Origin: Lingula anatina
Taxonomy: Eukaryota > Animalia > Brachiopoda
NCBI GenBank assembly: GCA_051362555.1
Contig: CM120641.1
Span: 1,612,001 to 1,676,000, forward strand
Direction of reading: 5' to 3'
Length of the DNA stretch: 64,000 nt
A program made the translations under genes and the position numbers. Below, in pieces: positions 54,628-64,000 of this stretch (the stretch's first letter is position 1; every line of letters starts with the position of its first letter). Below the pieces are notes generated by a model, which saw only the letters and a list, made by a program, of their open reading frames with translations, was not told the DNA's origin and did no database searches.

Positions 54628-55528
54628 CTGAAAATAAGATGTGAATTTTTAGTTTATCTTTTATTTTTCAGTAACTTAATGCAGAGTTTGCATTCTTTTC
54701 TTCAGAAATTATGGAAGATCTGTATCTTCTATTTTTCTCTAGACATATAATCTTTGCCCTAAAAATACAGAAAAAAACATTTAATTTATGAAAATGACTT
54801 TATTCCATTTGTAGAAATACCCCTTTTAAATGAAAAATAAATTAAAATTGTGTTTGAGATAAATTAAAATTGTGTTTGAGATTGAGGAGCTAATGTTAAA
54901 GGCAATGTCAGTGTCTTGTTTTTTTCACAAGTAATTCAAAGTTGAAACTTCCTAGGCAAGACAAGTTTTATGACATTTAAATATCATGAATTGTAGCATG
55001 TTCAGGATAAGATAGTCAAAATATTGGTTTATGGAGATTTAAGTGAAGCTCAAAAAATGTTCCTACAAAATAGGTACAATGAATTCTTTCGAGTTCTCTA
55101 GCTGTCATTAACTACTGTACAAGCTACAAAGGTGTTCAATACATTAGCATACTTTGCCTTATCTATTTAGATGTAGAAATAAATTAACATTGCCATGATA
55201 TAAGATAATAAGAAAAACAAGATTAAAAAAAAAGACAAAAGAGAAAAAAAAACACTCTGACCATCACCTCTTGCCAAATGTAAGCACTATCAATACTACA
55301 ATGCAAAATAAAAATCAATAGTTCTGCAGATTTCCATTATCAAGCTGCCTAAAACCAGTAACCCCTAGTATTCTACTAATGGACAAAGATATCTCTAATA
55401 TACACTTGATCACTGCTGTGGAAAGGAAAATATCACAAGGGAGTTCTGTCCATCTAAATCAGAAATCATGGGGATTTTAGCCTCGTTTACACGGATGACA
55501 CTGAGGCAACGTTGCAAGGAAGCTCCAT

Positions 55529-55771
55529 GGGACCATTCCCAGACCCTATCGTACTGTGGATCAATTTATCCCCGAGGGGATTCTTGCTAAATTGCAATCA
55601 ACTTAACCAGCTTAGATGTCTATCACACCTGCTAGGGGGTAATTAATTATTGTTTATAAGCTTTAGTAGCGTCCCAGACATCTAAGCTGCTTAAGCTGAA
55701 AGCAATTTAGCAAGAAACCACTTGAAGATGGATCGATCCTGTTAGATCGTTCTAGGTATGAAAACCCAGTC
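55529..55771. mobile_element. MITE family C (hydantoinase intron 1)
   Basis: Collinear with 16100; CAT on both flanks (3-bp TSD). Confidence 0.85.
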
Positions 55772-57777
55772 CATGTTATCCTGACCACTAGCATTCTCAA
55801 TACTGGGAACAGCATACAATCCATTGGCATTACTCAATCACATATATTACTCAATCAGAATGCTCAAGGGTTGCACCAAGACGGGTCAACTCATCTGTAA
55901 TGTGAATGCGGCTTAGGCCAGATTTCCAAAAACAATGACCCGGTGAATCACGGCCCTTCAGACATTAAATGTGAATTTATCGATTCCAAATGAATAGTCC
56001 TTTTTTGTTCTGAATTGAATAATGTGCATCCTTTCTTTTATTGACATGTGGCACATATTACTAGGTAACTACCGAGATTCCTCCTTCTCAACAAAGGCTG
56101 GAGCATATGGAAGAAAAGTGCTGAAACTAAAAAGCACTTCAAGTGTCACTTTTATTACAGATTTCAGATCAATTAACGAAGGTGTGACATTTTACTACCA
56201 TTAAAAAGGTTTACATTGTCATGTTTCTCTCTTGGGAAATTCAATTAGAACTTCAGAAAGGAGTATCTTATGACTTGAGCAATGGATTCATTTCTCGTCT
56301 CCTATACTATAAAACGTGCACAGCTGAGTACTTGAAAAACATGGATTATTTGTTGGACAATTCTCATTGTGTTTTTCAGTAATGAGCCAACCAGATCAAT
56401 CCAAACTAAAACGCCGACAATACTGTCAGTTCAGCAATTTGCTCAGTGTCTGGAGGAAGAAAGCCAGAGCCACTTTCACTGAAAACACAATTAACCCCAA
56501 GATCAAAGACAGGAGAGATGTAAAATCAGATAATAATGTTTCAATCATTTTTCCACTTCAATACCATCTTTCTGCAGGGCTGCTGAACAGCTGGATAGGA
56601 GCCACAACTGCTGCCCAGGAGACGGCGGCCCTGAAGGCACTGCGGAAGTCAATATTCATTTAGCAGTTCAAACTTGTATGTCATTGTAAGCCGACTTCCA
56701 GTGGGCCACTCTGACATCATAGCCACAATTATGTTGGCAAATGAAAATGACACTCCTGTTAGTCTGCTCTGAGAGCCAGAGTGTTCCATTTACTTCGTCT
56801 CTAACCATCTAAAAGCCGTCATTGATTTCTTAGGATCAAGAGACCCAAGAAAGATATGCGTGATGAAATACTTTGATAAACTTTAAGCTAGGAATGGCTG
56901 TAGGGAGGACTTAGTGAGATATTTGAGCAGCTCTCAAGGTAATTTTGACTTCTTTCTGGTGTCGCTGTTGCAGAGCTGTTTTTCATGTAGAAATATCAGT
57001 TCATAATTTTTATTTATCCCACCATTATGTTTTTATTTGCATCAGCTAATAGAGAACATACAGGCAATTTGTTTTTTTAAACTCTGGTCTTACTCCTAGG
57101 ATACCTGGTTTGTACACAGGAGTAAAGGTAGGGTACGTGTTATATATTCATTCATCTTAAGGTAAATATACAAACACATTGTTCTACGGATAATGTGACA
57201 AATGAAATCACTCAAAAAAGTTTTGAGTAGTTTTTTTTTTTTTTTTTGACACCACAGACTTGCCTTTATACTCTACAACAGACTTTTGTTGGGCAGAAAG
57301 AGAAGGCGTGTTGGGTATTACAGATAAAACAATTAATGTACAATTTAGTGAACATTCACATTTTATGTATCTATTCCACAAACATATTTGCATGCACATG
57401 CACACACACACACACACATTCTCATAATCATATACTCAACTATCATACATATATAGCCATCCATATCTATGGTAGAGCCCTACTTCACCCCCCCCCCCCC
57501 CATCCCATCTGGTATCTACCATAGATACGGGATGTGCGGACGCTAGCTGTCCGTTTCTAATTAGGCCGTCCTAATTAAACCAACTTTTCTTTGCACAATT
57601 TAATAATAATAATAATAATAATAAACGCCCGTACAACAATAATAACAACAACGGGCGTACAACAGGTATCAGATTACTACGGACTCTGCACATATAATAC
57701 TATCCATATATATTATACATGTAAAAGAGCAGATGTTATGACTGGACTGGAAGTAAAAGCTAGGCTGTCCACCTGAC

Positions 57778-57958
57778 CTTTGTTGACGGCATCGTTAACA
57801 GCAGACACAATTGCCCGAGCAACTCCGCTAGTAATGTCATCAGTTGTCGTCGTCTTTGCTGTTCCACACACCTCTTCCTTACACAGCAAGACAGCGTCTG
57901 TGTTGGTGCCCCCAACGTCCACTCCGACGATACAGTTGCGGACTCCACTCCACGCCAT
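57778..57958 (-). CDS. Hydantoinase/oxoprolinase-family gene, coding exon 1 (MAWSGVRNCIVGVDVGGTNTDAVLL...VNK-G)
   Basis: ATG at 57958; actin-fold phosphate-1 motif GVDVGGTNTD; donor AAAG|gtcagg, phase 1 (181 nt). Confidence 0.93.
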
Positions 57959-58214
57959 GCTGCATGCGTGGGATGTTTATCCACTTGACCTAATTTACTG
58001 ACCTACTTGTATAGTTACACTTTCCTTTTCTGTCTGTCTGTCGTAACAATACCAAAAACTGACTCCCCGGTATCATCTTTTTTCGGTCCCACTTGATAAA
58101 AAGTCTGGGAAATTTTTATTTTTGCAATTTTTCCTTAGAGAAGACAACCAAATAACTGAAAACAAGGTATTTTATTCAAACAGGGCTAGACAACATGTAT
58201 GTCTTTTGGCATGG

Positions 58215-58229
58215 GGCGGGAATTTTGAA
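58215..58229 (+). promoter_or_regulatory. E2F/CDE-CHR tandem element (GGCGG-gaat-TTTGAA)
   Basis: GGCGG at 58215-58219, a 4-nt spacer, then TTTGAA at 58224-58229; overlaps the E2F core GGCGGGAA. Lies about 260 bp upstream of the hydantoinase ATG. Confidence 0.55.
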
Positions 58230-58942
58230 TGCATGTCGCAGGGGTTCATTGGAGTTTCCACATTTTTTTTATCAGTGCCCTTTTTATCAGTTTCCTTTAG
58301 GGGCTGAAAGCGAAAGAAGTTACCAGTCCCTGTCTTCAATATCTTTAAAATAGCGATGACTTAATTTGATAATCTGTTTTCGCTTCCAGGCAAATAACTA
58401 GCTTGGTCGCATATACATGTACATGTATGCGATAAGACGTACAGAGATCAGGGACATTTTCTGTGCACTTAGATTGTGTTGTTTTAATCTATTGTAGATT
58501 CTAGGTATCATATATCCTTTACCTTGTTGGCTATAAGGGAACCCAAGGGAAAAATCAAGCAACAAAAAATAAATGAAAATAAATGAATGAAATAATTAGG
58601 CCTATATGGTAATAATGATATATATAAACAAAACAAAAAGAATAATAATATTATAAGTAATAACAATCCATTGACATGTCAATTGCAAGCAGACTAGATA
58701 TAATGAAGCCCCTAATTTTAAGTAATTAGACAATACTCTGTTTCATTTGAACTGTTTTAAGACATTCCTTTTCTATGATGCATGCATGGGTATTAGATTC
58801 TTAGTATTACTATATCTTAGCCCTGCATTTGTTTCAGTGAGAATATTGATCAAGCATAATTCTAAAAACTTAAGGCAGTCAAAGTAATTTTTATCCGAAA
58901 ATTCCAAATCATCTCTAAAGTTAATTTTGTTATCCCTTCTAG

Positions 58943-59062
58943 GTGACTATCAATGGTTGAGAAGGTTTCGTCTGGTCTGGCAGAGTGAGATATGCCAGGA
59001 TGCGACTGGACGCGGAGAGCAGTGAAGACAGGCAGTCGGTGGCCGGAGACGCAGGTCAAGAG
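58943..59062 (+). other. Candidate exon of a divergently transcribed gene (possible start MRLDAESSEDRQSVAGDAGQE)
   Basis: Pyrimidine-rich acceptor ttttgttatcccttctag|, a GC/CpG-rich 120-nt body and donor GAG|gtatgg. Confidence 0.45.
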
Positions 59063-59071
59063 GTATGGAAG

Positions 59072-59339
59072 CAGTGGGTGATTTAGGGGGTGTCAGGGGG
59101 GTCCTGACCCCACCTTCGGTTTCTGAAAAAAAATCACACCAATAGTGCCCTCTTGAAATTAGAATTTTGACTTGCTTAATCATAGTTTTAAACTGTATCA
59201 AATGGTTCTGTTTGCCCTCTTAAATGCCAAAACTTTTATGGGCCCTCCAGCAGGCCACGAACCCCACTCTAAGGAGGGTAAGAGTTGGCTTCTCACCCGA
59301 GGCATGTCATCCCTTCAAATAATTCTGAATCTGCCCCTG
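59072..59339. mobile_element. Degenerate hAT-like MITE (CAG...CTG ends)
   Basis: cagtgggtgatttaggggg left end, gaatctgcccctg right end; no clean TSD. Confidence 0.6.
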
Positions 59340-59614
59340 GCAAGATATATAGGGCAGCAAAAAATAATAAGTCTCAGGAAAAAAAAACTGGTGAAGTTTT
59401 TATGTTTATGTTGTTTTTAATTTAATCATCCTGGTTAACAAAACTAAGCGAATGTGCTGTAGTATGAGTGCTTTTCCATGCACTTTGTAGTTTTAACAAT
59501 GCTATTAAGATATTGAAGCATATCACAAAACAATTAGTCTGTCATTAAAAAATTGGCTCTTTTAAAATTGGTTTTTGTATTTATCTGTTATCTGTTCATC
59601 CATCCATTCATTCA

Positions 59615-59712
59615 TGTAATCATTCATTTGTTCATTCAGATATTCATGTAGTCTTCCACTTTCTCTCTTTCTTTCTATTTCATCCATTCATTCATTTATT
59701 CATTCATTCATT
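59615..59712. repeat. Degenerate (TTCA)n microsatellite
   Basis: Direct reading. Confidence 0.8.
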
Positions 59713-59772
59713 AATTCTGACATTCATTGTCCCAATGGCTGTCACTGTCCTCCCTTACATAAAATGTTGCAG

Positions 59773-59811
59773 GAGTTCTCTCGTAACCGTTGCTGGAAGC
59801 CTATTTTGTTG
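59773..59811 (+). other. Candidate 39-nt next exon of the divergent gene (EFSRNRCWKPILL in phase 0)
   Basis: Acceptor tgttgcag|GAG and donor TTG|gtaagg; length divisible by 3; open in frame with the preceding candidate exon. Confidence 0.35.
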
Positions 59812-60867
59812 GTAAGGGCTTATATCTGTCTTAGCTGCTGACAAATTACACTGGGCCAGCTAAGAGTTCCCAGTTTGGCTTGTCTCATACAATAAACCTT
59901 AATGCAGTTCTTACTGAGGAATGTAAGAATTACAAGTCTGACAGTTTATGCAATTATGTCAGGAGTAACTGTATTATGCGGTTATTAGATATATCAAGAA
60001 TACTTTTAGCTGGCCTGAAAACAAGTGAAGCTGTTCGTCTTAAATGCATAGATCACGAAAAATATTCTAATAAATATATAGATATAGTTATACTGCAAGA
60101 AATTGTTTGATGTTTAGACATTTACTTTTTTTTCTTTTAATCCTGATGAACATAAAGTGAGTAAAATCAGCAATAGCTCTCAGTTGTAAGCCTTTCTCTA
60201 ACATATCTGGATGAAACCATAAACAGGATTTCAAAAAAAGTACTAAACCTCTAACATGACATAAATATTTCTGTTACATTGTACCTGTAAACTCCTCAGA
60301 ATTTCTTTTTCAAATATGTACGTGTTTGCTAACATGATTTGCCTAAAGACAACTATCTCCAAATTCCATGTCAGGCAAGTGATGAAACTTTGATGGCATG
60401 ATGTATAGTAGAATTTATTGAAATTAAATCAAATTATACATGTAGATCTGTCTGTGTCGTACCTTGTCTGTTTAGGGACTCAAAGAGCTGCCCAATTTTT
60501 AGAGATGGAAATGAACTTTCATTACTAAACTCTTAGGAGCATGGCCATGGTAACTCTAAAACATACGGAACCGAGTTTGTTTCATCGCAGTCATAGAGAT
60601 TTTTTATGTGAGAAACATATCCCCCATGGGTCTAATTCATACACTGGTTATTAGTATCTTAACTAAGGATGCTGAGAGCCCAGTAATAGACATGCAGTTA
60701 TATTTATCATGTTCAGGATGGGCTAATGGGTATTGACCATGCACACTGAACCTACCGTGCACACTTTTGGATCTACATGTATAGATATATAATACTAGCT
60801 GTTTATTTTTTACAGTAAGGGAGGGTACATGTATGTGCTGCCTTATTTTATGCATGTTTTTTCACAT

Positions 60868-61263
60868 TTCCTCAGATTCAATTGTTAGGCATGTTAACAG
60901 TCTCATTATTGAACTAATAAGATACGTAAAAATGTTTGTTTGACATTTCCTGCATCTTAATAACATTGTTAGTTGATTATGTAAAAATGATGGTAAACTT
61001 GTTATTGTGTATTATGTTATAAAGTGTCAAAAATGGAAATAAACAAATATCATTGCAGTTTGTCAGATTCAATCATCTACTATATTCATTATCTCAGAAT
61101 GGAGGAAATTGGACATTTAACACTGTTCTATTGATATTTTTCCCATCTCATCAATTTTCTTAGTTGATCATATACAAATGGTAGAAAAGTGTTTATTTTG
61201 TTTTATGTTAAAAAAGTGTTTTAAAAATGGAAGTAAACCCATTGCAGAACAGTGCTGTCTTGT
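60868..61263. repeat. Diverged ~390-bp direct repeat, copy 1 (partner at 62281-62672)
   Basis: Shared blocks such as ttaggcatgttaacagtctcattat, cattgcagtttgtcagatt and tgttctattgatattttt. Confidence 0.85.
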
Positions 61264-61763
61264 TTCAGCATATATGCAGCACCGATAACACGATAAGTGG
61301 AAAACCATTTTACCTTTTCCCTTGAAACTTACAAAACTGATGAATATTCATAATACGCAGGTCAAGTTCGAAAATCAGCATGATCGGGTTATTTATAGGG
61401 AAGTTATGCTGCTTTTCACTTTTTTCACCATATATGCAACACTGATAACATGATAAGTGAAAAATCGTTTTACCTTTTGGATTGAAACTTGCAGAACTAA
61501 TGAATATTCATATTACGCAGGTAAAGCTTGAAAATCAGCATGATCGGGTCATTTTTAGGGTAGTTATGCTGTTTTTTCACTTTTTCAGCATATATGCAGC
61601 ACCGATAACACGATAAGTGGAAAACCATTTTACCTTTTGGTTTCAAACTTACAGAACTGATGAATATTCATAATACGCAGGTCAAGTTTGAAAATCAGCA
61701 TGATCGGGTCATTTTTAGGGAAGTAATGCTGTTTTTTCACTTTTTTCAGCATGTATGCAACAC
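61264..61763. repeat. Tandem array of a 160-161 bp unit, about 3.1 copies
   Basis: Units start at 61264, 61424, 61584 and 61745 (ttcagcatatatgcagcaccgataacacgataagtg...). Confidence 0.95.
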
Positions 61764-62280
61764 CTTTGTGCTATATGATGGTACTGTATGGATGGCAGTC
61801 TATAAAATTGTCCCTTGGGTGATCACTAATTAAATTAAGGTCTATAAAGTCACTTGCCTACTCATTAATTTTCAATTGGCCATTAAATGAGATTACATAA
61901 AACTCTCCTTGAGATTTCCCTGTATAGTCCCATAGGTTTAGCTCTCTTAACTGTGTCACAAAATTAGGATTTGGTGATAATTGTGCAGATAAATGGTGTT
62001 AAACATTGCAAATAAATTTACAACAAAAAGAATGTGTTATGCCAACATGCTATAGATGAATAACAGTGCTTTATTTTTCTCAAACTTGGTGGGGTTATTA
62101 ATATCAAGTTAATACAGCTAGATTAAAAGTTTGAATAGCAGCTTTATTGGAATTTTTTACGTTTTATTTAAAAATTTTTTTAAAATTATTTTTCAAGCAC
62201 TAGCATCTTCAAGATGTGATTTTTTACTCCTATCCACCAGAAGTGCTGTGCATTTTCTGTATTTTTGTATATAATTGTTA

Positions 62281-62672
62281 TTTCTTCAGATTTAATTCTT
62301 AGGCATGTTAACAGTCTCATTATGGAACTAATAAGATATGTAAAAGTGTTGTTTTGACATTTTCTGCTTCTTAACAATATTGTTGATTATATAAAAATGA
62401 CGGTAAACCTGTTATAATATTGTGCACTGTGTAATAAAGTATCATAAATGGAAAGGAACTCATCATTGCAGTTTGTCAGATTTAATCATTCACTATGTTC
62501 AGCATCTGCAAATGGAGCAAATTGGACATTGAAAATTGTTCTATTGATATTTTTCCTATGTCAACAATTTTCCTAGTTGAACATTTAAAAATGACAGTTT
62601 ATTGATCATTTTGTTTTAAAAAAGGTGTTGAAAATGGAAAGAAAATCATTTCAGTACAGTTATCTCTTGTTT
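62281..62672. repeat. Diverged ~390-bp direct repeat, copy 2
   Basis: Collinear with 60868-61263. Confidence 0.85.
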
Positions 62673-63121
62673 ACATTTTGGCATTTTGAAAGTGTGACTC
62701 TGAACTTCCATGGCCTTGAAGACCTTCCCAAATCACATTTTCTGAATATTCATGATACTTTTATTTTTTTTATAAAAAATTTGATGGTCATTATGCTGTT
62801 AAGTATTATGTTTTATTGCATGAAAGTTGAAGAAAACCCTATTTCGGACACTGCTGCCAGGATAGCGATTAAGGAAAAACCATGTTACTTACGATACTGA
62901 AACTTACTGAAAAGTTTCATAAGACAGAAGTGCAGCTTGTGTTTGAAAACCAGTGTGATTGTTTTCTGTTTTGGAGGCAATGCAGGTTTATAGAGTGCTA
63001 TACTGGCATTTTCAAGTTGTGACTTATCACTCCCATCTGCCAGGAGCCCTGTACTCTTACTTTGTAACATTTTCTGTATTTTGTTAAGTTACAAGAATGA
63101 TTCTGAGGATTGACATACAGC

Positions 63122-63152
<31 letters not shown>

Positions 63153-63255
63153 AGATATTTTTTTAATGAGTTTAAGCAATTTTTTTTTTGTGTAATTTTC
63201 ACTGTACCTCATTCTGGCATTTCCAAAGTTTAACTCTTATCAGCCTGACACCTTA

Positions 63256-63474
63256 GGGACTATTTCCAGACCCTATCACGCTAACTGTGGATCGATCTAT
63301 CTCCATGGGAATTCTCGCTAAATTGCAATCAATGTAAGTGGCTTAGTTGTCTGTCACGCCTACTGAAACTGGCATGCCAGAATCCTAAGACTCTCAAACT
63401 GAAAGCAATTTAGTGAGAAACCCCTTGGAGTTGGATTGATCCTGTTAGATTGATCTAGGTATGGGAACTTAGTC
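63256..63474. mobile_element. MITE family C with central deletion
   Basis: Same ends as 16100 but lacks the central ctagggggtaattaatt block. Confidence 0.85.
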
Positions 63475-64000
63475 TAATGCTTGATACACATTTTACTTTC
63501 ATCCTAATCCAATGTTATGCAGAATAAGAATTTGATTTTGGCTATGCAGTTACAGTAAGCATAATATATGAGTTCATCAGAATTGACAGTATCCTATTTC
63601 CTGCGTTTTTATTTTCTGGTTTTTGTCTGTACATTTGACAGCTTTGCTGCCTTGTTTTATTTATTCAGTTATTCTTTATTAATTATTTTTAAATTGCACA
63701 TCTTGCAGTCATGAGATTCATCAATTTGGCAAGAGAAAGTAAAAATTTTACTCGTGTGTAAATGACTTGACAATATTATGCTCAGTTATCACTTCACAAA
63801 TAATGCAGTTTAGTGTCTTAATATATTGCTTCTTCTGCTGATAGCAATGAAATATGTATGAGTTCATCATCCATCTTTCATGTGACATTATTGATAATTA
63901 AACTTAATTAATTGCCCCATAAGTGACAAGGTTTCAGTATTTTACCAAATCTACATTTCACTTGATTAAAAATTGCCCTATACATTAGTTTAACTCTCAA

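Noticed and set aside
35237-57958. Labelling the gene OPLAH, or calling it bacterial contamination
   Set aside because: The motif variants differ from animal 5-oxoprolinase, and nine spliceosomal introns filled with host repeats show it is an integrated animal gene.

Overview
AT-rich, intron- and repeat-laden animal genomic DNA, probably a marine invertebrate such as a mollusc or other lophotrochozoan (inferred from gene and repeat style only). Two protein-coding genes are well supported. (1) An intronless class A peptide-type GPCR on the + strand (11033/11087-12157). (2) A spliced hydantoinase/oxoprolinase-family gene on the - strand, which the ORF track shows only as fragments. I assembled it by hand into 10 phase-consistent GT-AG exons (57958 down to 35237; 1566 nt, 522 codons). 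It resembles the bacterial/fungal HyuA-like type rather than animal OPLAH. Its last found exon ends at an open splice donor and I found no further exon in the window, so the GPCR may be nested in a >35 kb intron. Upstream of this gene are a perfect E2F/CDE-CHR motif and candidate exons of a divergent + strand gene. The non-coding DNA holds several families of palindromic MITEs (some with clear target-site duplications), a decayed LINE fragment, a 160-bp tandem array and micro/minisatellites. All calls were made by eye; no database searches were run.
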